Shown piece by piece: positions 1 to 10,554 of a stretch of DNA of 64,000 nt (position 1 is the stretch's first letter; every line of letters begins with the position of its first letter). The position numbers and the translations under genes are program-made. Below the pieces are notes generated by a model that saw nothing but the letters and a program-made list of their open reading frames with translations, ran no database searches and was not told the origin of the DNA. Origin of the DNA: Chthoniobacter flavus (GTDB taxonomy: Bacteria; Verrucomicrobiota; Verrucomicrobiia; Chthoniobacterales; JACTMZ01). The stretch is from positions 31,598 through 95,597 of the forward strand of contig CAMDUL010000007.1 in assembly GCA_945878135.1 (NCBI GenBank). The letters run 5' to 3'.

Positions 1-99
1 CTCGAGTGAGGCCACATCGAACGCAGGCCCCTCCGCGGCCCCGGCCGGGAGAATCGTGACGAGCAAAGAACACAGGAGAGCAAGTTGGTTTCGCATCAT
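1..99 (-). CDS. secreted protein, N-terminal fragment (continues past window start)
   Basis: My own reverse-strand translation from ATGATG at 99..94 gives MMRNQLALLCSLLVTILPAGAAEGPAFDVASLE. This is a signal-peptide-like N-terminus and the frame stays open to position 1. It is absent from the ORF track because there is no stop inside the window. Confidence 0.35.
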   Translation of the reverse strand, partial: MMRNQLALLCSLLVTILPAGAAEGPAFDVASLE

Positions 100-220
100 A
101 AGACGCTGCGACCCATAGCCCGCGCGCCGCCATTGTCAACTTGCACGGTCCGGCGCGCACACCCGGCAGTTGCCTCAATGGTTTCTTGCACCCTCGCAAA
201 CACCCGCCAAATCTATCCCC

Positions 221-709
221 GTGCCCGCCGAACGCGTCCTTGCCGTCGACCCCTCCCTCCGCGGGACCGGCTACGCCGTGCTCGATTCTTCCCAGGGCAA
301 AATCCGCGCCGTCACCTACGGCGTGGTGATCAACCCGCCCAAACTCTCCGCCCACCACTGCCTGCGCGAGATCCACGCAACCCTCGGACGCATCGCCTCC
401 GCCCACCAACCCACCGCCTTCGCCATCGAGGGCGTGATCTATGTGCAGAACGTCCGCACCGCCATCATCATGGGTTCGGCCCGCGGGGCCGCCCTCATCG
501 TCGCGGCGACCCACGGACTCGAAGTGCACGAATACGCCCCGCGCCTGGTCAAACAAGCCGTGGTCGGACGCGGCGCCGCACAGAAGGATCAGGTCGCCTT
601 CATGATCCGCGCCCTGCTCGGACTGACCGAAACCCCGCCACCCGATGCGGCCGACGCCCTCGCCATCGGCGTCACCCACTTCAACCGCCGCGCCACCGCC
701 ATCCGATGA
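221..709 (+). CDS. ruvC: crossover junction endodeoxyribonuclease RuvC
   Basis: ORF 170..709. RVLAVDPSLRGTGYAVL N-terminus and DAADALAIGVTH C-terminal motif are typical of RuvC. Start placed at in-frame GTG 221; TTG 170 is possible. Confidence 0.9.
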   Translation: MPAERVLAVDPSLRGTGYAVLDSSQGKIRAVTYGVVINPPKLSAHHCLREIHATLGRIASAHQPTAFAIEGVIYVQNVRTAIIMGSARGAALIVAATHGLEVHEYAPRLVKQAVVGRGAAQKDQVAFMIRALLGLTETPPPDAADALAIGVTHFNRRATAIR

Positions 710-1365
710 CCGCGCCGCAATCACGCTGGCTCGGACGCCTCGCTTACCGGCCCGCGCTCGATCTTCAGGAAAAAACCGTGGCCGCCCGCGCCTCCGGAGA
801 GGTTCCCGACCAACTCCTCCTCCTCGAGCACGATCCCGTCTACACCATCGGACGCCAACGCGACCGGTCCAGTCTCGGACCCGGCGCGCTGCCGCATCCG
901 GTCGTCGAAATCAACCGCGGCGGACAAGCCACCTTCCACGGGCCCGGACAACTGGTCGGCTATTTCATCTTCGACCTGCAAACACTCACCCCCGACCTTC
1001 ACCTCTTCCTCCGCTGGATCGAGGAAGGCCTCATCGTGCTGCTCGCGGAATACAAACTCGCCGCGCAACGCCGCGAAGGCCTCACCGGCGTGTGGATCGA
1101 GGACCGGAAGATCGCCAGCATCGGCGTCGGCGTGCGCCGTTGGATCACCATGCACGGCTTCGGACTCAACGTCGGGCCGGACCTTTCCGGCTTCGAGTCC
1201 ATCACCCCCTGCGGTATACAGGGCGTTACTATGACATCGATCTCCCGCGAACTTCAGCGTGAAGTTTCCATCGAGCAGGTTGCCGACCGCGCGGCAGAAG
1301 TTTTCCGCGCGAGTTACTCCTCGCTCTCAACCCTCATCCCTCAGCCCTCAACTCATCAGCCATGA
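706..1365 (+). CDS. lipB: octanoyltransferase LipB
   Basis: C-terminal 219 aa of ORF 85..1365. Motifs RGGQATFHGPGQLVGY and KIASIGV are present. The ATG at 706 overlaps the ruvC stop (ATGA). The upstream 207 codons of the ORF are Arg/Pro-rich junk overlapping ruvC. Confidence 0.9.
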   Translation: MTAPQSRWLGRLAYRPALDLQEKTVAARASGEVPDQLLLLEHDPVYTIGRQRDRSSLGPGALPHPVVEINRGGQATFHGPGQLVGYFIFDLQTLTPDLHLFLRWIEEGLIVLLAEYKLAAQRREGLTGVWIEDRKIASIGVGVRRWITMHGFGLNVGPDLSGFESITPCGIQGVTMTSISRELQREVSIEQVADRAAEVFRASYSSLSTLIPQPSTHQP

Positions 1366-1799
1366 AATGGCTGCTGCTCACCGTGGGCAAACCCGCCCTG
1401 CCCTACACCAAAGCCGGACGCGACGATTATCTCGGCCGCCTCGCCAAATTCGCGCCAGTCGAGCACGTCACGGTCAAAGCATCCGACAAGCCGCGCGAAA
1501 GCGCCGACCTCCTCGCCCGCAGTGAAGGCTGCTTCCGCGTGGTTCTCCACGAACATGGAACGTCACTCACCAGCCGCCAATTCGCCGCCAAGCTCGACCA
1601 GTGGCAACAAGCCGCCCGTCCCGTGGCCGTCATCATCGGCGGCGCTGACGGACACGACCAAAGTCTCCTCAATCAAGCCGACTTCCGCTGGTCCCTCGGC
1701 CCCTTGACCCTGCAGCACGAACTCGCCCTCGTTATCGCCCTCGAACAACTTTATCGCGCCCGCACTATTCTCGCCGGCCATCCTTACCACCGGGACTAA
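1362..1799 (+). CDS. rlmH: 23S rRNA (pseudouridine1915-N3)-methyltransferase RlmH (SPOUT)
   Basis: 145 aa. MKWLLLTVGK start, IIGGADGH and LTLQHELALVIALEQLYRA motifs. ATGA overlap with lipB. Confidence 0.88.
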   Translation: MKWLLLTVGKPALPYTKAGRDDYLGRLAKFAPVEHVTVKASDKPRESADLLARSEGCFRVVLHEHGTSLTSRQFAAKLDQWQQAARPVAVIIGGADGHDQSLLNQADFRWSLGPLTLQHELALVIALEQLYRARTILAGHPYHRD

Positions 1800-1807
1800 T
1801 TCCAATC

Positions 1808-1880
1808 CGAAGGTAGGGGCGAGCGGCCGCTCGTCCGCTCGTTTTGAAACGGGCGAGGGAGCCGCTCGCCCCTGCCTTCG
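1808..1880. repeat. long imperfect palindrome (REP-like / hairpin element) between rlmH and gnd
   Basis: CGAAGGTAGGGGCGAGCGGC (1808..1827) pairs with GCCGCTCGCCCCTGCCTTCG (1861..1880): 20 bp with one G-T. The 33-nt interior can form a further 8-bp stem (1830..1837 with 1850..1857). Confidence 0.6.
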
Positions 1881-1942
1881 CCCCCTCAATCCGCTTGGCC
1901 CGCGGACCCTCCTCCCGCTAAACTCCGCCTCCTTTTCGCACT

Positions 1943-3442
1943 ATGAGCAAAGAACTTTCCGACATCGGTCTCATCGGCCTCGCCGTGATGGGACAAAACC
2001 TCGCGCTGAACATCGCCGACCACGGTTTCCGCATCTCCGTCTACAACCGCACCACGTCGAAGACCGAGGACTTCGTCAAAAAGCATCCTGACACCCCGGG
2101 CGGGCTGCACGCCGCGCTGACCCTCGAGGATTTTGTCGCCTCGATCCGGCGCCCGCGCAAAATCGTCATCCTCGTTCAGGCCGGCAAAGCGACCGACGCG
2201 GTGATCGACAGCCTCGTGCCTCTGCTCGAGAAGGACGACATCATCATCGACGGCGGCAACGCACTGTGGAACGACACCATCCGCCGCGAGAAGGACCTCA
2301 CCGCGAAAAACCTGCGCTTCATCGGCTCCGGCGTGTCCGGCGGTGAAGAAGGCGCCCGCTTCGGTCCCTCGCTCATGCCCGGCGGTGCCGAATCCTCGTG
2401 GGAAGAACTCGCTCCCGTTTGGAACGCCATCGCCGCCAAAGTCGACGCCGAGACGGGCAAACCCCTCGAAGGCGCCACCCCGGGCAAACCGATCGTCGGC
2501 GGTGTACCCTGCACCGCCTACATCGGACCCAACGGCGCCGGCCATTTCGTCAAGATGGTCCACAATGGCATCGAATACGGTGACATGCAGTTGATCTGCG
2601 AGGCCTACAACATCCTGCGCCACGGACTCGGACTCTCCATCGAGGAAACGCAGAAAGCCTTCGCCGATTGGAACGCGGGCGACCTTGATTCCTTCCTCAT
2701 CGAAATCACGGCCAACATCCTCGCGGTCAAAGATCCCGCGACCGGTGCGCCCATTGTCGACGTCATCCAGGACCGCGCCGGACAAAAAGGCACCGGCAAA
2801 TGGACCGTGACCGACGGACTCAACGCCGGCATCCCGATCTCGACCATTTCGGAAGCCGTCTTCGCCCGCTGCATCAGCGCCCTCAAAGAAGAACGCGTGG
2901 CCGCCGCGAAAATCCTCCAAGGACCGCAACCGCATTTCCCCGGCGACAAACAGGAGCTGATCGACGCGGTCCGCGACTCGCTCTACGCCTCGAAAATCTG
3001 CTCCTACGCCCAGGGCTTTGCCCTCATGCGCGCCGTGGCCGCGGAACAAAACTGGCCGCTCCACTTCGGCGAGATCGCCATGATCTGGCGTGGCGGTTGC
3101 ATCATCCGCGCGCGTTTCCTGCAGCGGATCAAAGAAGCGTTCGACCGCGATCCCGCCCTGCCCAACCTGCTGCTCGATCCGTATTTCCAAGACGTCATCG
3201 CCCGCACCCAATCGCACTGGCGCAAGATCGTTTCCGATGCGGTCCTCTCCGGCCTCCCGACCCCGGCCTTCAGCGCCTCGCTCGCTTATTTCGACAGCTA
3301 CCGCTCGGAGCGTCTGCCAGCCAATTTGCTCCAGGCTCAACGCGATTACTTCGGAGCCCACACCTACGAGCGCACCGACCAGCCGAAGGGGAAATTTTTC
3401 CACTACGACTGGGTCGGCGACCACAAGCAGCACGAGGCCTGA
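1943..3442 (+). CDS. gnd: 6-phosphogluconate dehydrogenase, decarboxylating
   Basis: 499 aa. [16 protein letters not shown] Rossmann N-terminus and full-length similarity to Gnd ([31 protein letters not shown]). Confidence 0.96.
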   Translation: MSKELSDIGLIGLAVMGQNLALNIADHGFRISVYNRTTSKTEDFVKKHPDTPGGLHAALTLEDFVASIRRPRKIVILVQAGKATDAVIDSLVPLLEKDDIIIDGGNALWNDTIRREKDLTAKNLRFIGSGVSGGEEGARFGPSLMPGGAESSWEELAPVWNAIAAKVDAETGKPLEGATPGKPIVGGVPCTAYIGPNGAGHFVKMVHNGIEYGDMQLICEAYNILRHGLGLSIEETQKAFADWNAGDLDSFLIEITANILAVKDPATGAPIVDVIQDRAGQKGTGKWTVTDGLNAGIPISTISEAVFARCISALKEERVAAAKILQGPQPHFPGDKQELIDAVRDSLYASKICSYAQGFALMRAVAAEQNWPLHFGEIAMIWRGGCIIRARFLQRIKEAFDRDPALPNLLLDPYFQDVIARTQSHWRKIVSDAVLSGLPTPAFSASLAYFDSYRSERLPANLLQAQRDYFGAHTYERTDQPKGKFFHYDWVGDHKQHEA

Positions 3443-3443
3443 C

Positions 3444-4196
3444 ATGGCCGCCGCCCGGATGCGGCGCACGGCAGTGGTGCGCACCGCCCACCAGCAAGTC
3501 GAGATCTGGCGGTCGGACCTCGCCACGGAATTCCGCGTGGCCGGCGCGGTGCATGCCTTCCACCACCGGCGCCGCTTCCTCACCGGATTGGTCTGGGACA
3601 TGCTGGCGGCGGCCGCGCTGCTCGGGACGAGGGACCAGCCGCGCACGCTGCTCATGCTCGGTCTGGCCGGCGGGACGACCCTGCGCATCCTCCGCCGCCT
3701 GCTGCCCGCATGCCGCTTCACCGCGGTCGAGATCGACGGGGAAATTGTCCGCCTTGCCCGGCGGCACATGGCGCTCGATGCCACCGGCGTCGAGGTCGTG
3801 ACCGGCGACGCCTACGAGTGGCTGCGGACCAACCGCCGCACCTTCGATGTGGTCATCGACGACATTTATCTGGCCGGACGCACCGACGTGTTCCGTCCGC
3901 AGGCCATGGACGGCTCCCTGCTGAAAAACCTGCGCCGCTGCGTCGCGCCGGGCGGAGTGTTGGCCGTCAATCTCGTGACCGGTCCGGGCCACCGCACCGC
4001 GCAGTCGGCCACCCGCCGGCTCCTGCGCGAAAGCTTCCCCGAAGTGCGCGCCGTCACCTCGCCCGCGGCCCTCAACGAAGTCCTGGTTGCCGGGCCGGCG
4101 GTTGCCACGGGCCGCCGCCTGCGGGGCCGGGAAACCGCGTTCGCCGACGCCCGCGACCGCGTCCATTGGCGGGAGGTCGCCGTGCGCCGGCTCTGA
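3444..4196 (+). CDS. spermidine synthase-like class I SAM-dependent methyltransferase
   Basis: In-frame ATG at 3444, 1 nt after the gnd stop, within ORF 3090..4196. Motifs LMLGLAGGTTLR, AVEIDGEIV and VVIDDIY match the spermidine-synthase-like fold. Confidence 0.7.
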   Translation: MAAARMRRTAVVRTAHQQVEIWRSDLATEFRVAGAVHAFHHRRRFLTGLVWDMLAAAALLGTRDQPRTLLMLGLAGGTTLRILRRLLPACRFTAVEIDGEIVRLARRHMALDATGVEVVTGDAYEWLRTNRRTFDVVIDDIYLAGRTDVFRPQAMDGSLLKNLRRCVAPGGVLAVNLVTGPGHRTAQSATRRLLRESFPEVRAVTSPAALNEVLVAGPAVATGRRLRGRETAFADARDRVHWREVAVRRL

Positions 4197-4283
4197 GCGG
4201 GAACGCCCTTTCCGTCTATGCGCCGCGGGCGGACGCTGCTAATGTGGCGTCGGGCGTTCGGACTGGTCCGAATCCGTTGTTTC

Positions 4284-4355
4284 GCGCGGTTAGCTCAGCG
4301 GTAGAGCGGCTCGTTTACACCGAGTTGGTCGGGGGTTCGATCCCCTCACCGCGCA
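4284..4355 (+). tRNA. tRNA-Val (anticodon TAC)
   Basis: Hand-folded cloverleaf: acceptor GCGCGGT/ACCGCGC, D arm GCTC/GAGC, anticodon stem GCTCG/CGAGT with loop TTTACAC, T arm GGGGG-TTCGATC-CCCTC, discriminator A. 72 nt, no encoded CCA. Confidence 0.9.
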
Positions 4356-5106
4356 GGCCCGCGAGCCTGCGCCGGTTGACGTCGTGGCGCATCTGCAGCA
4401 GCTCCACGGCCAAGGCGAAGCCCATCGGCAGGTAAATATACGCCTTGGCCACGTGCTGGTGCATGCCTTCGAGGAAAATGGTCACCCCGATGGTCACGAG
4501 GAAGGCGAGGGCGAGGATTTTCAACGCGGGTCGGTGCAGGATGAAATCCCCGATGGTTTTGGCGTAGGCGAGGATGACGAGGAACGACGCGATCACGGCA
4601 AAGCCGATGATGAGCAGATTGGGCGTGAGGCCGACCGCGGTGATGACCGAGTCGAGCGAGAACACCATGTCGAGCAGGACGATCTGCACGATGGCGGCGC
4701 CGAAGCCCGCGGCCACCGCCTGCCCGGCGGCGTGCTCGTCCTTCAACTCGACCACGTGGTGGATTTCGCGCACCGCCTTCCAGAGCAGGAACAAGCCGCC
4801 GGCGATGAGCACCACGTCGCGCCAGGAGAACGGGAAACCCGCCACGATCGGCTCGGTGAGGTGGATCAGCCAGAATGCCCCGGCGACAAACATCAAACGC
4901 GCGAGAAGGGCGATCAGGAGTCCCAGCACCCGCGCGCGATCGCGTTGGTGGTCCGGCAAACGCGAGACCACGATGGAAATGACCAGCACATTGTCGATGC
5001 CCAGCACCAGTTCGAGCCCGATGAGCAGGGCCAGCGTGGCGAGCGAGTTGAGCGTCAGGGCATCGGAAAAAAGCGCGGCGAATTCCATGGACGTCATCAC
5101 TAGCAT
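4315..5106 (-). CDS. TerC family integral membrane protein
   Basis: 263 aa, multi-TM, with the LELVLGIDNVLVISIVV and LLDMVFSLDSVITAVG TerC signature pair. Alternative ATG starts at 5097 and 5088. The last 13 codons are antisense to tRNA-Val. Confidence 0.85.
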   Translation of the reverse strand: MLVMTSMEFAALFSDALTLNSLATLALLIGLELVLGIDNVLVISIVVSRLPDHQRDRARVLGLLIALLARLMFVAGAFWLIHLTEPIVAGFPFSWRDVVLIAGGLFLLWKAVREIHHVVELKDEHAAGQAVAAGFGAAIVQIVLLDMVFSLDSVITAVGLTPNLLIIGFAVIASFLVILAYAKTIGDFILHRPALKILALAFLVTIGVTIFLEGMHQHVAKAYIYLPMGFALAVELLQMRHDVNRRRLAGLRGEGIEPPTNSV

Positions 5107-5163
5107 TCCGCGTCACGCCCCGCCACACCGAAGGCCACGACCGCGCCCTCTGCCTGGCGCGTC

Positions 5164-5508
5164 TTAAAGCCCGCCGACGGCGAGCAGGACGATGGCGAGG
5201 TTGACCGCGGCCAGGACCAGCGCCGGGAGCATGGCCGGCCACGGATCGCGGATGCGCCACCGCGCCCACAGGCCGCAGAGCATGAGCACGAAAAGTCCGG
5301 CCGCGGCGGCGATGCGCAGCGGCGGGAACCACCAACCCGCGACGAGGCCGAGTGCCCCGGCCACCTCGAGGGATCCGACCAAGGGTCGGAAGCGGGCCAG
5401 GCGGTAACGCTCGAATTCCGCCACGAGCTTCGGCGAAAACAAACAGGCCAGTCCGTAAAACAGGAACGCCGCCGCGGACAGCGCGGTCAAAAAGTCGGGG
5501 ACGGACAC
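5164..5508 (-). CDS. DoxX-like small membrane protein
   Basis: 114 aa with four predicted TM helices. Composition and length resemble the DoxX family. GC3-rich codon usage. Confidence 0.55.
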   Translation of the reverse strand: MSVPDFLTALSAAAFLFYGLACLFSPKLVAEFERYRLARFRPLVGSLEVAGALGLVAGWWFPPLRIAAAAGLFVLMLCGLWARWRIRDPWPAMLPALVLAAVNLAIVLLAVGGL

Positions 5509-5691
5509 GCGGGAACTCTCGCCTTTCCGGCCATGTATGGCCAGCGCGGAGAAGATCGGACGCCACGCATGGACCGGATCTCACCCGGGCCGGCGGGAAA
5601 CCGGGCCCTTCCCTCGCCGCGCGCACCGCGATGATGTCTTGCCCCTCGGTGCCATCCGTGATCAAAACTTCCCACAGCCGGTCCCCGAACC

Positions 5692-6075
5692 ATGGAAACT
5701 CTCGTCCCCATCTGCCAGATCATCGTCGGTTGCGGCCTGCTCAATGTGTGGCTGCTGCGTTTCAACAAGTCCACCGCCTACCGCGGCCGCACCGCGGCCA
5801 ATATGCGGGAGGAGTTTGCCGCCTACGGTTTGCCCGCGTGGTCCTGCTACCTCGTGGGATTTCTCAAAGTGACGTCCGCTTTCGCCCTGCTCGCCGGGTT
5901 GCTGCCCGCCTTCTCCGGCCTTGTCCTGCCCGCCGCCATCCTGGTCGCCTTGCTCATGGCCGGGGCGGTGGCTATGCACCTCAAGGTCGGCGACCCGTTC
6001 AAGAAATCCCTGCCGGCCCTCGCAGTCCTCGTCCTCTGCGCCCTCATCATCGCGGGCCGCTGGCCGACCGCTTGA
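5692..6075 (+). CDS. DoxX family membrane protein
   Basis: 127 aa with four TM helices. The AYGLPAW...VGFLKV...ALLAG pattern is typical of DoxX. Divergent from the previous gene. Confidence 0.6.
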   Translation: METLVPICQIIVGCGLLNVWLLRFNKSTAYRGRTAANMREEFAAYGLPAWSCYLVGFLKVTSAFALLAGLLPAFSGLVLPAAILVALLMAGAVAMHLKVGDPFKKSLPALAVLVLCALIIAGRWPTA

Positions 6076-6123
6076 GAAATCCTTCCGGCTGGTCGATAAA
6101 AAACGCGGAGGCACGTTCCCCGC

Positions 6124-7929
6124 TCAAGGCCCCGCATGGCGCAGCGGCGCGATGAGGGCGTATTCGGCGGGGGTAAGCAGGTCGGGGTCGATGTCCCGGA
6201 CCAGCACAAGCGAGTTCCGGTCGCCGGAAGCGTGGAGCACGGCGGCGCTGACGGCGCGCAGGCCGGGCGGCAATTGATCGACGATGACATCGAAACCGTC
6301 GAAGACCGCGAGAGCCCCTTTGGTCTGACCCGCTTTGAGCAAAGCCAGCGCGTGGTTGAAACGCGCGCCGAGATGGCTCGGATCAGCCGCCAGGGCTTCG
6401 GCGGTGACGGAGAGATCCACGTTCTTTCCGTCGAGAATTGCCAGGTAGCGTTCGTAGACCCTCACGGACGTCGCGTCCGGCGAGGACTGCCGCGCCGCGG
6501 CGTAGGCCCGGTCGAGCGTGGCGAATTGCCCGCTCCGCCCGAACCGGTCGCGGGCCAGTCCGAAGGCGCCATCGGCTTGGTTCGCCTCGCCGCACAGGTC
6601 GACGATGGCCTCGTCGACCAGCGCGCGCAGACCCTGCTGGTCGGCCGATGTGACGGCCGATCCGAAACGGCCCTCGGCGGCCGAGGTCCGCAGTGCCATG
6701 CGGACCAGTTCGTCGGCCTCACCGGCGCGCCCCTGCTCGCGTGCGGCGATGGACCTGATCATGAAGCGCGCGGACTCGGGAACTTCGCCCGGCGACTCCG
6801 ACAATTGGAGGACTTCCTCCCAGCGGCCGAGACCGGCCAGCGCCGAGGCCCGCAGGCGGAAAAGGGCTTCGTCCTTCGCGGCATCGGCGCCGGACACCGC
6901 GGCGAGGACTTGTTCGTTCATGCCCTGCCGCAGCATCCAGCGGGCCAAACCAGCCTGCCGTTGCGGGGGAGCGCCGACGTAGAGGGGCTGGAGCTTTTCA
7001 TAGAGCGCCTCGGGTGTTTCCTTCCCGGAGGCGGCGAGGAAGGCGGCGGCGGGCAGGAGAGCGGGGTTGGTCTCGATCGGGTTGCGCCAGGCGGCCTCGG
7101 CCCATTCGGCTTTCTTGGGCGCGGAAAAATACGGGGCTTCCAATCCCAGGGCCAGCGCCTCGTCGCCCGAGGGCGTGCCGGCCAAGCCGTCGATGAGCGC
7201 GGTCATTTCCGCACCGGCGGCCAGATCTCGCGGGCCCACCTTGGCACGGTCGGCAAGGAAGAGACCATGCCGCGCGGCGAGCAATCGCAGGAGACGCAAC
7301 CTCAGGCGCGGCTCGTCGGACGCGGCGGCGGACGCGCGCGCTTGGGCGATGGCTTGCTCCACGTTGCCCCCGCGCAAGCTGCGGTGCGAGCGCAGTTCGG
7401 CCGCCCGGCCGGATGAACCCTGCGCCTCCAAGGCGGCGATCGCGGCGGCGAACTGCCCGTCGTCGCCGTGCGCCGTCATGATCTCGGCGCGGGCATCGAC
7501 CTCGTCCGCGGTCAGGGCCGGTCCGTCGGGGATGGTTTCCCACATCGCCACCGCCTCCGGGTTGCCGAGGCGGCTTTCGATCACCGCCGTGGCCCGCTTC
7601 ACCGCCGGCAGCTCCGGTCGCAGGTTGGCCGCCGCGGCGATCTGCCGCCGGGCGAAATGCCAACTGCCCGCGTCCGCACTGGCCAGCGCCTTGGCCGTGA
7701 GATCCCGCGCCCGCCAACCGGTGAAAAGATAAAACCCGAGCGCGCCGAGAAGGAGCAGCGCGAGGAGCAGCAACGGCGTCAAAACCCAGAGCCGGCGCAG
7801 GAGCGCGTCGATCAACAGGGGATGATCGTTGCTCAATAGCGGCCCGGTCGCCTCCCGCCACCAGCGGAGGAACGGACGGCCGGGTGCGGCCAGGACACGG
7901 CGCAAGGCAGAGGGCTTTCCGTCGGACAT
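6124..7929 (-). CDS. membrane-anchored TPR-like helical repeat protein
   Basis: 601 aa. One N-terminal TM helix (LWVLTPLLLLALLLLGALGFYLF) followed by an Ala/Leu/Arg-rich helical repeat region. No catalytic motif recognised. Confidence 0.6.
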   Translation of the reverse strand: MSDGKPSALRRVLAAPGRPFLRWWREATGPLLSNDHPLLIDALLRRLWVLTPLLLLALLLLGALGFYLFTGWRARDLTAKALASADAGSWHFARRQIAAAANLRPELPAVKRATAVIESRLGNPEAVAMWETIPDGPALTADEVDARAEIMTAHGDDGQFAAAIAALEAQGSSGRAAELRSHRSLRGGNVEQAIAQARASAAASDEPRLRLRLLRLLAARHGLFLADRAKVGPRDLAAGAEMTALIDGLAGTPSGDEALALGLEAPYFSAPKKAEWAEAAWRNPIETNPALLPAAAFLAASGKETPEALYEKLQPLYVGAPPQRQAGLARWMLRQGMNEQVLAAVSGADAAKDEALFRLRASALAGLGRWEEVLQLSESPGEVPESARFMIRSIAAREQGRAGEADELVRMALRTSAAEGRFGSAVTSADQQGLRALVDEAIVDLCGEANQADGAFGLARDRFGRSGQFATLDRAYAAARQSSPDATSVRVYERYLAILDGKNVDLSVTAEALAADPSHLGARFNHALALLKAGQTKGALAVFDGFDVIVDQLPPGLRAVSAAVLHASGDRNSLVLVRDIDPDLLTPAEYALIAPLRHAGP

Positions 7930-8077
7930 AAGTGAAGCGCCCGCACAATGCGTGCAGGCGCTTGGAAGGTCAATTGCGGCTTGGGCACGTCACGCTGCTT
8001 CCCCGCGGCGCCTGCGCCAGCGGACGAAAGCCGCACCACCGGCGAGCGGATGCAACCAACCTTGCCGGAACCGGCGC

Positions 8078-9694
<1,617 letters not shown>

Positions 9695-9750
9695 CTAGCA
9701 GGCCGCCGGGGGTTTGGACACGGAATAACGTGCGCGGCCTGTTGCATTTT

Positions 9751-9823
9751 GTCGCGGCGGCCTGTGACCGCCGGACACATTGCTCTTTGATCCAAGGCAC
9801 CGGCGGTCACAGACCGCCGCTAC
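9751..9823. repeat. paired REP-like palindromic element (two 24-nt arms, 25-nt spacer)
   Basis: GTCGCGGCGGCCTGTGACCGCCGG (9751..9774) and CCGGCGGTCACAGACCGCCGCTAC (9800..9823) are inverted copies with 2 mismatches. Each arm is itself a hairpin (CGGCGGTC-nnn-GACCGCCG). Related copies lie at 14392, 60013 and 63284. Confidence 0.75.
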
Positions 9824-10554
9824 AACCGGCCCAACGCCCGCACGGCTCTGGCCACGTCTTCCGGCGCATCGACGCCGATGGAGGGGCGCTTCACCACGAT
9901 CACGCCGATGGCCACGCCGTGCTCGAGCGCGCGCAACTGTTCGAGCTTTTCCGCTTTCTCCAGCGGCGTCGGTCTCCACTTCACGAAATCGAGGAGCACT
10001 TTGCGCCGGTAGCCGTAGATGCCCTGGTGGCGGAGGTATTTGGTCCGGCCGCTTCCGTCGCGGTCGTGCGGAATGACGCTGCGCGAGAAATAGAGCGCGC
10101 GGCCGGCGAGGTCGGTGACGACTTTGACCACGTTCGGATTGCGGAGGTCGGCGGCCGTGGAGACCGGGTTGGCGGCGGTGACCATGCCGAGCCCGGGATC
10201 TTCGCGCAAGGCCCGGACCAGGCGGTCGATGGTGGACGGCGCGATGTCCGGTTCGTCGCCCTGCACATTGAGGACGATCGACGAGGGTTCGAGATGGCGC
10301 GCCACTTCGGCCAGCCGGTCGGTGCCCGTCGGATGCTTGGGTGAAGTCAGCGCGACTTCCGCGCCGAAATCGAAGGCGGCCCCGGCGATGCGCATGTCGT
10401 CGGTCGCCACGATAACTCGGTCGACGGACTTGGCGCGCCGCGCGCGTTCCCAGACGTGCTGTACAAGCGGTTTGCCACGCAGCTTGACCAGCGGTTTGCC
10501 GGGAAAACGCGTCGATGCCCAGCGGGCGGGAATGACGGCGGTTACTTCGGACAT
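9820..10554 (-). CDS. kdsB: 3-deoxy-manno-octulosonate cytidylyltransferase (CMP-Kdo synthetase)
   Basis: Internal ATG 10554 of ORF 9820..10686. AVIPARWASTRFPGKPL N-terminus plus the VQGDEP and GIYGYR motifs. The stop codon TAG lies inside the REP arm. Confidence 0.9.
   Translation of the reverse strand: MSEVTAVIPARWASTRFPGKPLVKLRGKPLVQHVWERARRAKSVDRVIVATDDMRIAGAAFDFGAEVALTSPKHPTGTDRLAEVARHLEPSSIVLNVQGDEPDIAPSTIDRLVRALREDPGLGMVTAANPVSTAADLRNPNVVKVVTDLAGRALYFSRSVIPHDRDGSGRTKYLRHQGIYGYRRKVLLDFVKWRPTPLEKAEKLEQLRALEHGVAIGVIVVKRPSIGVDAPEDVARAVRALGRL

Noticed and set aside
85-705. Upstream 207 codons of the lipB ORF (which would give a 426-aa protein)
   Set aside because: This part overlaps ruvC in another frame and is Arg/Pro-rich junk. 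LipB similarity begins at ATG 706, which forms an ATGA junction with ruvC.
1886-3784. 632-aa minus-strand ORF, and similar long ORFs (7829..9790, 28764..30611, 24168..25574, 17695..19347, 61509..63161)
   Set aside because: Each lies opposite to, or out of frame with, a confidently identified gene (gnd, pyrG, glyA, feoB, pabB, spmAB/lipA). Their composition is low-complexity Arg/Gly/Pro-rich. They are treated as non-coding shadows.
5107-5163. Looked for a yybP-ykoY (manganese) riboswitch upstream of the TerC-family gene
   Set aside because: Only 57 nt separate the TerC start from the preceding gene's stop. That is too short for the element, and I saw none of its conserved helices.
5508-5692. 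Direct repeat CCGGGCC...CCGGGCC and GC-rich near-palindromes in the divergent DoxX intergenic region
   Set aside because: They are short and composed of sequence expected by chance at this GC content. No partner copies occur elsewhere in the window.
4356-7929. Possible genomic island integrated at tRNA-Val, and likewise at tRNA-Pro (16913 onward)
   Set aside because: No integrase, transposase or direct repeat of the tRNA 3' end is visible. The flanking genes (TerC, DoxX, TPR; deacetylase, pabB) have the same GC-rich codon style as the rest of the window.
7935-7963. Stable hairpin (AAGCGCC...GGCGCTT with an inner GCAC/GTGC stem) between pyrG and the TPR gene
   Set aside because: On the transcribed (minus) strand it is followed by CACTTATG rather than a U-tract, and it abuts the TPR start codon. 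I could not decide between terminator, 5'-UTR structure or chance, so no feature was called.
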